From NCBI GenBank assembly GCA_963743885.1, contig CAVURJ010000001.1, forward strand, positions 204,949 to 268,948: a stretch of DNA of 64,000 nucleotides, in the 5' to 3' direction. This document shows positions 24,608-34,284 of this stretch, piece by piece. The stretch comes from Candidatus Moraniibacteriota bacterium. Lineage in GTDB: Bacteria > Patescibacteriota > Minisyncoccia > Moranbacterales > UBA1568. Position 1 is the first letter of the stretch, and each line of letters begins with the position of its first letter. The notes beneath the pieces were generated by a model. It made no database searches. It saw only the letters and a program-made list of their open reading frames with translations, and had not been told where the DNA came from. The translations under genes and the position numbers were made by a program.

Positions 24608-25276
24608 ATGAAAGCAGCGATTCTGACCGGTTTTGAGGTCTTTGGGAAGTACGCGGTCAATCCGACGGAGATCCTGGCGAGGTCTCTGGCAGGGGAGGTC
24701 GTCTCCGGGCACCTCATCCGTTCGATGGTTTTTCCTACGACGGTGCTTGTGCCGCATGGAGCGAGAGATGCTGGAACCCTGATCGTCGACGAAGCTTTTC
24801 TGGTCGACGCTTCGGTGATCATTTCTCTGGGCATAGACTCTGGAGCCAGGGGCGTGCGTATCGAAAGGACTTGCATCAATTGGGTGGAAAACGCGAAGTA
24901 CTGCACCCAATACGAGAATCAGAAGCCTCTCTCCGACGCGCATGATCCCAAGGAGAGGCTGCCGATGCCACTTCAATCATGGGATTTCGCAGGGTTGTCC
25001 GAGAGGTTGGCCCTAGCCGGCATTCCTTTGGAGACATCGGAAGATGCGGGCAGCTACTGTTGCAACGCGCTGATGTACAGGACACGCCGGTCCATGAAGG
25101 AGTGCTCGCTCGAGATACCGTTCATCTTCGTCCACGTTCCTTGCACCGAGGAAGCGGTGGCGGATATGCCCGATTTCGATCGCGCAAGCAAGGTTCTGTT
25201 CCACCAAGAGGATCTGGCAACGGTAGTGGAGAGCCTTCTCGAGTCGTACCTTCCGAATCCGCGAGTCGAGGACTGA
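24608..25276 (+). CDS. pcp: pyrrolidone-carboxylate (pyroglutamyl) peptidase I family
   Basis: MKAAILTGFEVFGKYAVNPTE N-terminus and a catalytic Cys in DAGSYCCNALMY. Confidence 0.7.
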   Translation: MKAAILTGFEVFGKYAVNPTEILARSLAGEVVSGHLIRSMVFPTTVLVPHGARDAGTLIVDEAFLVDASVIISLGIDSGARGVRIERTCINWVENAKYCTQYENQKPLSDAHDPKERLPMPLQSWDFAGLSERLALAGIPLETSEDAGSYCCNALMYRTRRSMKECSLEIPFIFVHVPCTEEAVADMPDFDRASKVLFHQEDLATVVESLLESYLPNPRVED

Positions 25277-25362
25277 AAGAATCAAGCAGCAGAGCCGCAG
25301 GGTATTACCCAGCGGCCTTTTTCTTTTAAAACAGCCCTTATTTGATTGATTTTTTCGGGTAC

Positions 25363-25401
25363 TTGACAGGAAACTATATAGTGTATATACTACACTTAGT
25401 A
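25363..25401 (+). promoter_or_regulatory. promoter TTGACA-17-TATACT with overlapping operator atagtgtatatactacacttagta
   Basis: Same motif as upstream of pncA-like and of pnuC. Confidence 0.5.
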
Positions 25402-25490
25402 ATGAGATAGGGAAGTTCTTTGTCAAACGAGGCATTTCAGGGGAGGCCGGGGTCCGGCTTCATGGATATCATCGATACGAGGAGGCGATC

Positions 25491-26741
25491 ATGGAAACGC
25501 TCAAGAGATTGTGGGGCAAGGACGAGCCGGTGGTCAGCAGCTTGCTCGAGACGGATGTCTACAAGATCCTCATGTTGTATTTCATCTGGCGGTATTTCCC
25601 GAGCTTGCGAGTGAAGTTCGGATTCACCAATCGTACCCGCACGGTGCGCTTGGCCGAATCACTCGACATCGGGCTGCTCCGAGAGAACATCGAGCACGTG
25701 AAGACGCTCCGGTTCTCGGATGCGGATATTGCGTACATCCGGTCGTGGCAGATGATGCCGGAGGAATTCCTTCTGGCACTTCGGGACCTGCAGCTCTCGG
25801 ACATTGCGGTCGAGAAGACGCGTGATGGACAGCTCCGCATCGAGCCCAGCGGGCTCTGGTTCAATAGCACGCTGTGGGAACTCTTTATCCTGCCGATGAT
25901 CACGGAACTACGAGCGCGCCAAGCGATCGGCGAAAGCGATGCCGCGCACGAAGCAGTGATCAAAGACGGAGAAGAGCGCCTGCTTGTCAAGATCCCGACG
26001 CTCAAGAGTCTGCACTGGAAGATCGCGCTGTTCGATCTCCGTCGCCGGCTGACGGGACGCTGGGAGCGGCATACGTCGCGTATCCTCTACGAGGAGATCC
26101 CGGAGCGGCTCTCTGGCATCTCGAACGTCGCTCTGGCGCGCGAGATGGGAGTCGAGCCGATGGGGACCAATGCGCACGAACTGCCGATGGCACTGGTCGC
26201 GCTGCGTTCCCACGAGGGGCCGGAAGCGATGCGGGCGGCGCTCTACGAGGTGCTCGAGAAGTGGCAGAGTCTCTTCGGCCACAAGGCGCTCATCATGCTG
26301 CCGGATACGTTCGGAAGCGACTACTTCTTCCGCAACCTGCCGAGCAGATACCTTCGGGACTTCCGCGGTTCGCGGCAGGACTCGGGTGATCCGCTCGCCT
26401 ACGGGGAGGCTCGCATCCGCGACTATCGCGAAGCTGGCATCGATCCGACGCAGAAGCTCGTGCTGTTCTCAGACGGGCTCACGCCGGAGAAGATGCAGGA
26501 GCTCGAGATGCATCTCTCCGGAAGGATCGGCGGCGGCTTTGGTTGGGGGACCAACAAGAGCCATGATGTCGCTGCGCTTCCGCCCATGTCGATCGTGATG
26601 AAGCTCATCGAAGCGGCAGGCAATCCGGCGGTCAAGCTGTCCGATAACATCGACAAAGCGACCGGATTTGAGCCAGGCGTGGTCGAAGCCAAGCGGGTCT
26701 TCGGATACCGCGCGGAGTTTCGCGAAGCGCCGATCTACTGA
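25491..26741 (+). CDS. pncB: nicotinate phosphoribosyltransferase
   Basis: LETDVYKILM, MGTNAHELPMAL, FRGSRQDSGDP...IDPTQKLVLFSDGL, and IVMKLIEAAGNPAVKLSD are collinear with PncB. Confidence 0.85.
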   Translation: METLKRLWGKDEPVVSSLLETDVYKILMLYFIWRYFPSLRVKFGFTNRTRTVRLAESLDIGLLRENIEHVKTLRFSDADIAYIRSWQMMPEEFLLALRDLQLSDIAVEKTRDGQLRIEPSGLWFNSTLWELFILPMITELRARQAIGESDAAHEAVIKDGEERLLVKIPTLKSLHWKIALFDLRRRLTGRWERHTSRILYEEIPERLSGISNVALAREMGVEPMGTNAHELPMALVALRSHEGPEAMRAALYEVLEKWQSLFGHKALIMLPDTFGSDYFFRNLPSRYLRDFRGSRQDSGDPLAYGEARIRDYREAGIDPTQKLVLFSDGLTPEKMQELEMHLSGRIGGGFGWGTNKSHDVAALPPMSIVMKLIEAAGNPAVKLSDNIDKATGFEPGVVEAKRVFGYRAEFREAPIY

Positions 26742-26860
26742 AACGCCAACCTGTGGGAATATCTCGGAACATCGAGGTATCCCCACTCTTTTTCGGACCA
26801 TCATGTGTGGTGATCCGAAAGAGGGATATTTCAAGCAAGATCTTTAACAAGGAGACCGAT

Positions 26861-28516
26861 ATGAAAATCATCGCATGCTCTACCAATCCGATTCCTGGTG
26901 ATGTCGCCGGAAACCTGAAACAGGTCCTGGCGGCATATCAAGGGGCGGCGGATCAGCAGGTTGATCTCGTCGTGTTTCCAGAGTTCGCACTTTTGGGATA
27001 TCCGATCGATGATCTCATCCGCTATGCGGACGTGCTGGCGGCAGAGGAAGCTGCGATCGAAGAGCTTCGCCGCCAAGTCGGCAGCATTGGCATCGTGATC
27101 GGCGTGGCAGAACGCAATCAGGGAGCAGGGAAGCCTTTCTTCAATAGCGCTCTCGTCATCCGCAATCACGCGATCGTGCATCGAGTCCGCAAGGCGAATC
27201 TGCCGACGTACGGGGAGTTTGATGAGTCGCGCTGGTTCGAGCCAGGGGCCGATGCGGCCGCAGTCTTCGACTATGACGGGCAGCGGATCGGCATCATCAT
27301 CTGCGAGGATATCTGGGTGTACGCCAATCGGGACGAGAAAGGTCGGGCCCTCTATCACCGCAACGTGGTCGAGGAGATGGCTCGGCTCAATCCTGATATC
27401 GTCATCTCGATCAATGCCTCGCCCTACTGGTGTGGCAAGCGCGATGTGCGGCTGGAAGTCGTCCGTGAGGCGGCGCAGGCGATGGGCTCTCCAATCGTCG
27501 TGTACGTCAATCGTTTCGGCGGACAGGATGAGCTGGTGTTCGATGGCGCGAATTTCGCTCTCGGATGCAAGGGGCAAGTCATCGCTTCGGCCATGCCGTT
27601 TCAGGGGGATGATCTGCTGGTCGTCGATACGGAGTGTTCGGATGAAGTTCCGTTCCGTTCTGATACGGGAAGTGCCGAGGATCAGTATGATGCCTTGGTG
27701 CTCGCGACGCGAGACTATGCTCGGAAGAGCGGGTTCTCGCAGGCGGTGCTCGGACTCTCCGGTGGGATCGATTCGGCGCTGACACTTGCGATCGCAGCCG
27801 ATGCACTCGGTGCCGGGAACGTGCAGGCGGTTATGATGCCGTTCCGATATACATCGGTGATGAGCCGGGAAGACGCGGCGGCAGAAGCGGAAGCGCTCGG
27901 TGTCCGGTATTCCGTCATCGCGATCGAGCCGCTCTACGATGCGTTCGCGGCGGCGCTTGCTCCGGAGTTCGCGGGCAGGGCAGCGGATGTGACCGAAGAG
28001 AATCTGCAGGCCCGTATCCGGGGGACTATCCTCATGTCGCTCTCGAACAAGTTTCGATCGTTCGTCCTGACGACCGGCAACAAGAGCGAGATGGCGGTGG
28101 GGTATGCGACGCTCTATGGCGATATGGCCGGCGGCTTCGCAGTCCTCAAGGATGTGCCGAAGACCGATGTCTATGCGCTGGCGCGGTATCGCAACGGTAT
28201 CAGCCGAGTCATCCCTGACAGCGTGATCACACGTGCGCCATCAGCCGAGCTCGCCCCTGGGCAGGTCGATCAGGATTCTCTGCCGGCGTACGATATCCTC
28301 GACGCGATAGTCGATCGGTACGTGGTCGATGGATCGTCTGCGGATGAGATCGTCGCGGCCGGATACGATGCCGGTACGGTGGAGCGAGTGATCGGCATGG
28401 TGCGCCGGGCCGAGTACAAGCGCCGACAAGCGCCGCCTGGTCCGAAGGTGACCAAGCGGGGGCTTTCTCCTGATGCTGGTCGGCGTGTACCGATCACGTA
28501 TCGCCATGGTTCCTGA
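26861..28516 (+). CDS. nadE: glutamine-dependent NAD+ synthetase (nitrilase domain plus NAD synthetase domain)
   Basis: N-terminal CN-hydrolase domain and PP-loop LGLSGGIDSALT. RBS aaggag precedes ATG 26861; the ORF is open from 26753. Confidence 0.85.
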   Translation: MKIIACSTNPIPGDVAGNLKQVLAAYQGAADQQVDLVVFPEFALLGYPIDDLIRYADVLAAEEAAIEELRRQVGSIGIVIGVAERNQGAGKPFFNSALVIRNHAIVHRVRKANLPTYGEFDESRWFEPGADAAAVFDYDGQRIGIIICEDIWVYANRDEKGRALYHRNVVEEMARLNPDIVISINASPYWCGKRDVRLEVVREAAQAMGSPIVVYVNRFGGQDELVFDGANFALGCKGQVIASAMPFQGDDLLVVDTECSDEVPFRSDTGSAEDQYDALVLATRDYARKSGFSQAVLGLSGGIDSALTLAIAADALGAGNVQAVMMPFRYTSVMSREDAAAEAEALGVRYSVIAIEPLYDAFAAALAPEFAGRAADVTEENLQARIRGTILMSLSNKFRSFVLTTGNKSEMAVGYATLYGDMAGGFAVLKDVPKTDVYALARYRNGISRVIPDSVITRAPSAELAPGQVDQDSLPAYDILDAIVDRYVVDGSSADEIVAAGYDAGTVERVIGMVRRAEYKRRQAPPGPKVTKRGLSPDAGRRVPITYRHGS

Positions 28517-28602
28517 GTCGGAGGACGGCCTTTCACGGGTGTGGATACGATGTATCCCACCCGTTTTTTCTTTGCATGAATTTGACCCCGCACCGCTTGA
28601 GC

Positions 28603-28642
28603 TTGACAAGAATATTTAAAGGTGTATACTATACACTAAGTA
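28603..28642 (+). promoter_or_regulatory. promoter TTGACA-16-TATACT with overlapping operator ggtgtatactatacactaagta
   Basis: GGTGTA-N5-TACACT half-sites. Lies upstream of pnuC-nadR. Confidence 0.5.
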
Positions 28643-28766
28643 AGGAAGTGGCTCGTGGTCGACGCGTCTCTCTCGTACGGTAATAGTGTAATAAGTACAA
28701 TAACTAAATACGGTAGGAGGGAAAGGACGGGAAGAGGGAGTGTAACCAGTAATATCACATACGACT

Positions 28767-29486
28767 ATGATAGCTTCATTCTTCGATATCAATAACGTGT
28801 TCTTCACGCTCTGGGACTATCCTATGAGCTACCTCGAGTTCTTCGGGACGATATTCAATATCCTCTGCGTCTGGCTGACGACCCGGAAGAGCATCTGGAA
28901 CTGGCCGGTCGGCATCGCTGCGGTCATCCTCTTCGGCGTGCTGTTCTACCAGATTCAGCTGTACTCGGATTTCATCGAGCAGGTCTACTATCTCGCGACG
29001 GGCATCTGGGGTTGGATCGTCTGGAGCCGCGTACGTGAGCAGTCGGCCAAGAAGGGCAGACTGGCGTCTGATGTGAAGCCTGCGACTGCCGCGCAGTGGG
29101 CGATCGTGGGAGTGGTGCTCCTCTTCGGGACGCTCGCGCTCGGGGGACTGATGGCGCGGATCGATACCATATTTCCCGAGTGGTTCCCGGAAGCGGCTTC
29201 TTTCCCGTATCTCGATGCTTTCACGACGGTGGCGTCGTTCGCGGCGCAGGTACTGCTCATCCTCAAGGTCGTCGAGAACTGGTACCTCTGGATCGCGGTC
29301 GATATCATCGGCGTGTGGCTCTACTATGAGAAGGAAGTGAAATTCGTCTCCGTGCTCTATTTCATCTTCCTCATCCTGGCAACTAAGGGGCTGCTCTCGT
29401 GGAAGAAGGAGTCCAAGCAATCGGAAAGCGGGGAATCGGCGCCTGTTCTGGGTGAGCCAGAAAGAGAGGGGGTGCCGGCCATATGA
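28767..29486 (+). CDS. pnuC: nicotinamide riboside / NMN transporter PnuC
   Basis: Multi-TM protein with a PnuC-like N-terminus NNVFFTLWDYPMSYLEFFGTIFNILCVWL...W..VGI. Confidence 0.75.
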   Translation: MIASFFDINNVFFTLWDYPMSYLEFFGTIFNILCVWLTTRKSIWNWPVGIAAVILFGVLFYQIQLYSDFIEQVYYLATGIWGWIVWSRVREQSAKKGRLASDVKPATAAQWAIVGVVLLFGTLALGGLMARIDTIFPEWFPEAASFPYLDAFTTVASFAAQVLLILKVVENWYLWIAVDIIGVWLYYEKEVKFVSVLYFIFLILATKGLLSWKKESKQSESGESAPVLGEPEREGVPAI

Positions 29487-30484
29487 AGCGAGGCATCGTT
29501 GTCGGGAAATTCTACCCGTTTCATACCGGGCATGCCTACCTCATTGAGGCGGCGCTCAAGGGGAGCGACCAGGTGACGGTGCTCGTCTGCGATCGCTCTG
29601 ACCAGGTCTTTCCAGGAGAGACGCGGGCGGAGTGGATCCGCGAGGTATTTCCCGGTATCGAGGTCCGCGTGATCCGCGATATCGGGCACGACGATGATTC
29701 CGAACTTTGGGCGCGCTATACGCTCGAGTTCCTGGGATATCGTCCGGATCTCGTGTTCACGTCCGAAGACTACGGTCCGGCGTATGCGAAGTTTCTTGGA
29801 GCGGAGCATGTCTCGGTCGATAGGCAACGAACGGTTGTCCCGATCTCGGGGACGGAGATTCGCAAGAATCCATATGCTGCTTGGGAGTACATGAGTGCGC
29901 CGGTACGGGCGAGTCTGGTCCGCCGCGTCGCGCTTGTCGGAGCGGAATCGACCGGTACTACGACGCTGTCACGGGCGCTCGCGGAGCACTTCCAGACTGC
30001 CTGGGTGCCGGAGTTTGGACGCTTCTATACTGAGGGCAAGCAGCTGTCAGGGACGCCATGGCAGACAGGAGAGTTCACCTTTATTGCTGATACGCAGAAC
30101 CGCATGGAAGAAGCGTATGCTCGGCAGGCGGACAGGGTCCTCTTCTGCGATACCAATGCCTGGGCGACGCGACTGTGGCATGAGCGCTACATGGGATCGC
30201 TTGATCCGTCGGTCGACGCACTCGCTCGAGGTCGCCGCTATGATTTGGTTATCCTGACTGGCGATGAGATCCCCTTCGTGGATGATGGCATGCGCGACGG
30301 CGAGCATATCCGCCATGCGATGCAGGCGCGTTTTCGCGAGATGCTTGAGCAGGAAGGCATACAGTATATAGAAGTATCCGGCAGTATTGAGGAGCGCCTA
30401 GCACAGGCGATCCCGGCGTGCGAGCAGCTCCTCTCGGATGGAAGCGATGTCTTCGCGGGGCTGCCGAGGATCGCGGGTGTATGA
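29483..30484 (+). CDS. nadR: NadR-type bifunctional NMN adenylyltransferase / ribosylnicotinamide kinase (no N-terminal HTH)
   Basis: IVVGKFYPFHTGHAYLIEAA (NMNAT) and VALVGAESTGTTTLSRALAEHF (RNK P-loop). Its start overlaps the pnuC stop. Confidence 0.8.
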   Translation: MKRGIVVGKFYPFHTGHAYLIEAALKGSDQVTVLVCDRSDQVFPGETRAEWIREVFPGIEVRVIRDIGHDDDSELWARYTLEFLGYRPDLVFTSEDYGPAYAKFLGAEHVSVDRQRTVVPISGTEIRKNPYAAWEYMSAPVRASLVRRVALVGAESTGTTTLSRALAEHFQTAWVPEFGRFYTEGKQLSGTPWQTGEFTFIADTQNRMEEAYARQADRVLFCDTNAWATRLWHERYMGSLDPSVDALARGRRYDLVILTGDEIPFVDDGMRDGEHIRHAMQARFREMLEQEGIQYIEVSGSIEERLAQAIPACEQLLSDGSDVFAGLPRIAGV

Positions 30485-30543
30485 TTGACACTTATAGCTG
30501 CGGGCGTATACTGGAAGCGGACAATTCATCAAACTTCTCTCCT

Positions 30544-31230
30544 ATGGCAATACGCAAACAGTCGCCTATCGTAAAGATCGTTAGCCCGGCCGTCGCGGTG
30601 GACACACTTATCTTTTCTGTCATCCGCGGCAAGCTGCGCGTGCTTCTGATCCAGATCGCCACGGGGCCGTATACCAAGAAGTGGGCGCTGCCGGGTGGGC
30701 TGGTCATGATGAATGAGTCGCTCGAAGAGGCAGCCGAGCGCGTGCTCTCTGAGAAGGCGGGCGTCGACGGTATCTATCTTGAGCAGCTCGCGACCTTCGG
30801 TGACCCGGAGCGCGATATGCGCGTTCGGAGCATCGCCGTGGCCTATTCGGCCTTGGTGAATAGCGACGAGTTCGCGCCTAAGACGAATGAATACTATTCT
30901 GATATCGCCTGGCACGATGTTGACCATCTGCCGCCGCTCGCCTTTGACCATCGCGAGATCATCGCGTACGGACGCCGCCGTCTCGAGAACAAGCTCGGCT
31001 ATTCCAACATCGCCTACGCGCTCCTGCCGAAGGAGTTCACCCTCTCCGAGCTCCAGACAGTCTACGAGACCATCCTCGGCCGGACCATCGACAAGCGCAA
31101 TTTCCGCAAAAAGATCAGCGATATCAAGCTGGTCAAGGAGACCGGCAAGGTGCGGCGCGACGGCCCGAGCCGCCCGGCCAAGCTCTACACTTTCTCCGAC
31201 CGCAAGCTCAAGATCGTTGACGTGCTCTGA
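30544..31230 (+). CDS. nrtR: Nudix-related transcriptional regulator NrtR candidate (Nudix plus C-terminal winged HTH)
   Basis: Nudix box LPGGLVMMNESLEEAAERVLSEKAGV, then a C-terminal DNA-binding-like domain. Located directly downstream of nadR. ATG taken at 30544; the ORF is open from 30418. Confidence 0.6.
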   Translation: MAIRKQSPIVKIVSPAVAVDTLIFSVIRGKLRVLLIQIATGPYTKKWALPGGLVMMNESLEEAAERVLSEKAGVDGIYLEQLATFGDPERDMRVRSIAVAYSALVNSDEFAPKTNEYYSDIAWHDVDHLPPLAFDHREIIAYGRRRLENKLGYSNIAYALLPKEFTLSELQTVYETILGRTIDKRNFRKKISDIKLVKETGKVRRDGPSRPAKLYTFSDRKLKIVDVL

Positions 31231-31243
31231 AAGAATAGAGAGA

Positions 31244-31272
31244 AAAAACGAGGCAGATTGCCTCGTTTTTTG
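31244..31272. terminator. bidirectional terminator between nrtR and xer
   Basis: The sequence aaaaaacgaggcagattgcctcgtttttt. Confidence 0.6.
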
Positions 31273-31291
31273 TTTCTTTATCCTGTACCCC

Positions 31292-32275
31292 TTACTCCTT
31301 ATCCTCTTGTTTTCGTTTCCCGTGGAAGCTCTTGTGGATCTCCTTGAGTCGTTCGTTGGTGATGTGGGTGTAGATCTGGGTGGTGGTGATGGAGGCGTGG
31401 CCGAGCATGGACTGGACCGATCGGATATCCGCACCGTTGACGAGGAGGTCGGTCGCGAAGGAATGGCGGAGTGTGTGCGGGTGCACGTCCTTTACAATGC
31501 CGGCTTTCTTGGCGTAGTGCTTCACGATGCGGGCGATGCTCCGCGGCGTGAGGCGGAGTGATTCGCGCTTGGCGTTCTTTTTGTTGACCAGTCCTTTCTT
31601 GCCGTGCGAGACGAAGAGCGCTGGATCGACATCCTGGCGCTGGTTGAGGTAGGCGGAGAGGGCGGCCTTGGCGGACGCCGAGATGAAGACGATGCGGAGT
31701 TTGGAGCCTTTGCCGCGGACGCTGAACTCCTCCTTGTCGAGGTTGAGGTGGGCACGGTCGAGCCCGGTCAGCTCGGAGACGCGGAGGCCAGCAGAGAAGA
31801 GAAGCTCGAGGATGGCCCGGTCACGGAGCGCTTTGACGGTATTGCCTTCTGTTGCGGTCATGAGGCGCTCGACCTCGTCGTATTCGAGGAAGTCTACCTG
31901 TCGATCCGGCATCTTGCCGACCTCGACCTTCTCGGCGGCTAGGGTCTTCACATCCTGCTTGGCCAGGTACTTGAGGAAGGTGCGGATGACGATGGCGTGG
32001 TAGGCCTGAGTGTTCTTTTTGAGGGTAGTGCCAAAGCGGGTGGGCTTGCGGTTGAGGTGGATGCGGTATTCCCGGACCCGGTCGGCCGTAATATCAGACG
32101 GTGTGGTGAGTGGGCCCCAGTCAAAAAAGAATCGGAGCGCCTGGCCGTAGCTCGCGAGCGTCCGCGGGGAGCGGGAAAGCTCGATCTCGAGGTGCTCGAG
32201 GAAGCGCTTGGCGTATTCTTCAAGCTCGTTCTTCGGTTTTTCGAATGGGGGCATAGCGGCTACATTATGAGACAT
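31292..32275 (-). CDS. tyrosine site-specific recombinase XerC/XerD family
   Basis: C-terminus HTLRHSFATDLLVNGADIRSVQSMLGHASITTTQIYTH with a catalytic Tyr. Confidence 0.85.
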   Translation of the reverse strand: MSHNVAAMPPFEKPKNELEEYAKRFLEHLEIELSRSPRTLASYGQALRFFFDWGPLTTPSDITADRVREYRIHLNRKPTRFGTTLKKNTQAYHAIVIRTFLKYLAKQDVKTLAAEKVEVGKMPDRQVDFLEYDEVERLMTATEGNTVKALRDRAILELLFSAGLRVSELTGLDRAHLNLDKEEFSVRGKGSKLRIVFISASAKAALSAYLNQRQDVDPALFVSHGKKGLVNKKNAKRESLRLTPRSIARIVKHYAKKAGIVKDVHPHTLRHSFATDLLVNGADIRSVQSMLGHASITTTQIYTHITNERLKEIHKSFHGKRKQEDKE

Positions 32276-32300
32276 TAGAATTGTAACATACCCTTTTTTA

Positions 32301-32460
32301 TTACTAAACGTAGCGAGCGAAATGAGAGCTTGTTCTCATTTCCGAGCGCAGTGCAAGTAAAAACAGGTGCTCCCCGAGGCTGGCCTCGGAACAGGCAAGC
32401 TTTGCTTGTTTGTGCTGCGGAATCCCCGCAGCTGGACACCTGTTATACACAAAAATAAAG
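32301..32460 (+). repeat. structured two-hairpin element, copy 2 of 3 (longer second hairpin acaggtg...cacctgt)
   Basis: ttactaaacgtagcgagcgaaatgagagcttgttctcatttccgagcgcagtgcaagtaaaa. Stem 1 gaaatgaga/tctcatttc covaries with copies 1 and 3. Confidence 0.55.
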
Positions 32461-32503
32461 GCTTTTTTTAGGCAAAATAATTGGAAAATCACCATTTTTA
32501 TGA

Positions 32504-32532
32504 TTGACGGAAAGGTTGGCCCGCGCTATACT
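32504..32532 (+). promoter_or_regulatory. sigma70-like promoter TTGACG-17-TATACT
   Basis: ttgacggaaaggttggcccgcgctatact. The TTG at 32504 listed as an ORF start is the -35 box. Confidence 0.5.
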
Positions 32533-32824
32533 GACCTTTGTAAAAATTAGGGCAAAGACCCCATGGGTGTTTCCAGGAGCCTGGCTCGCAGGCGGAACTC
32601 CCCAGGGCTTTGACCGATTGAAAGGCGAGAGTCTTATAGACACTCAACCGACATTCTTCCAGAAGATCGCCGCTCGGGTGCGTTCGCGCTTCGTCTGTGC
32701 TGCGGGATCTGAAGAAAAGAGGAGTCTTGCGTGCCGATTGCATGATCTGCACACCCGGATTCACCATATCCAGAGCCAGACCCTCCAGTTCATCAAGGAA
32801 GCTTCTGGATACCGCGTCGTACGC

Positions 32825-33895
32825 GTGTTCCGCAGCTACTCCGCTTTCTCCATAGTCGCGTCGAGTGCCCTCCTGGTCTCCGCGAGTAACTTTTCGCAGG
32901 AAAACGGCGCCCCTGGGTTGCTTTCCGGCTACGCCGACGGCGCCCAAGCCGCCGAAGCGCCGGTCAAGCATCGTATCGCTGCCCAGGTCAGTCGCAAGGA
33001 CAACCTCTCTTTCGTGCCGCTCGCGAGCGCGACCAATGCCGTCGATCCGGAAGCCAAGGATGAGTCGACCCTCTTCGATATCCAGAGCCCCGCTTCGCTT
33101 GATCCGCTCGCTCTTTCGGCCTGGTCGGGCAGCTATCCGAAGGATGGTGAGGACAGCAATGATGTGAAGATCTATACCGTCGTCTCGGGCGATACCGTCT
33201 CGGGCGTCGCGACGAAGTTTGGGATTACGGTCAATACCATCCTCTGGGCGAACGACATCGATAATGTTGATTCTATCAAGCCGGGCGATCAGATATTCAT
33301 CCTGCCGGTGGCTGGCCTTTCGCATACCATATCATCTGGCGATACGATCGATAGTATCGCGACCAAGTACAAGGCGGACAAAGAAAAGATTATTTCCTTC
33401 AATGGCTTGCCGGCCAACGGTGAGCTGCGCGTGGGCGACAGCATCATGATTCCGGATGGCAAGAAGGATGAGCTGGTCCGGACGATCGCTCCGGCAGCTG
33501 GCCTCGAGCGGCGCCAGTATGCTACCTCGACCGGTGGTACCGCGTCCGATGTCTCTGGTTACAAGAAGCTCGACGGCAGAGCGGGCACAGGCCATCGCTT
33601 CCCGTTCGGCTGGTGTACGTGGTACGTGGCGCAGAAGCGTTATGTGCCGTGGGGCGGCAATGCTGGTACCTGGCTCTATCATGCCAAGTCTATGGGTTAC
33701 AAGACGGGCCGCGCTCCAGCTGTCGGTGCTATTATGGTGACGACCGAGGATCGTCGCTATGGTCATGTCGCGCTCGTTGAGAAGGTGAGTGGTGATACGA
33801 TCACTGTGAGTGAGATGAACTATGTGAAGTGGGGCAAGGTCAATCGCCGCACGCTTTCGGCTTCGAGCCGGGCAATCAAGGGATTCATTTACTAG
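32825..33895 (+). CDS. secreted peptidoglycan hydrolase with two LysM domains and a C-terminal CHAP domain
   Basis: LysM YTVVSGDTVSGVATKFGITVNTILWANDI and HTISSGDTIDSIATKY. CHAP GWCTWYVAQKR...GHVALVEKV. No in-frame ATG exists, so start is taken at GTG 32825, which gives a signal-peptide-like MFRSYSAFSIVASSALLVSA. The frame is open from 32504, so the start is uncertain. Confidence 0.65.
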   Translation: MFRSYSAFSIVASSALLVSASNFSQENGAPGLLSGYADGAQAAEAPVKHRIAAQVSRKDNLSFVPLASATNAVDPEAKDESTLFDIQSPASLDPLALSAWSGSYPKDGEDSNDVKIYTVVSGDTVSGVATKFGITVNTILWANDIDNVDSIKPGDQIFILPVAGLSHTISSGDTIDSIATKYKADKEKIISFNGLPANGELRVGDSIMIPDGKKDELVRTIAPAAGLERRQYATSTGGTASDVSGYKKLDGRAGTGHRFPFGWCTWYVAQKRYVPWGGNAGTWLYHAKSMGYKTGRAPAVGAIMVTTEDRRYGHVALVEKVSGDTITVSEMNYVKWGKVNRRTLSASSRAIKGFIY

Positions 33896-33937
33896 CTGGT
33901 AGCTTGTTAGCTTCCCTAGCTTCGTTAGCATGAAAGG

Positions 33938-33963
33938 ACAGGTTCGGAAGAGCCTGTTTTTTG
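33938..33963 (+). terminator. terminator hairpin acaggttcggaagagcctgttttttg (copy 1 of 2)
   Basis: An identical 26-mer is present at 34939-34964. Confidence 0.6.
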
Positions 33964-34014
33964 CTTGTAAAAAATGAAAAAATGTGCTATATTGGCAGTA
34001 TATCCAAGAAAAAT

Positions 34015-34284
34015 ATGGCTCAAATAAGCGCTCTCAATCAGTTTATCCAGTCTCGTCCGTACCTCGTATGGTATGTGAAGGATGTGGAGAATATTTCGGA
34101 GGATTCCGTTGTTGAACACGTGCTCAATTATGGCGATTGGAAGGATTTCCAAGAGTTGATTCGTATCATCGGCATCGAACGCGTCGCGCGGGACTTCCGG
34201 CAGCGGGCCGATGTGCCGCGGACGAATTATCGTCCAGAGATCAAAAATCTCTTCCAGCTGTATTTTGATCGCTATGCTGCATAA
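34015..34284 (+). CDS. hypothetical small protein, candidate cognate antitoxin of the AbiEii-like toxin
   Basis: Its stop overlaps the start of the nucleotidyltransferase gene. Promoter-like TTGCTT...TGCTATATT lies at 33961-33996. No recognisable domain. Confidence 0.35.
   Translation: MAQISALNQFIQSRPYLVWYVKDVENISEDSVVEHVLNYGDWKDFQELIRIIGIERVARDFRQRADVPRTNYRPEIKNLFQLYFDRYAA

Noticed and set aside
24464-24976. 170-aa minus-strand ORF
   Set aside because: It is antisense to the pyroglutamyl peptidase gene. No motif was recognised.
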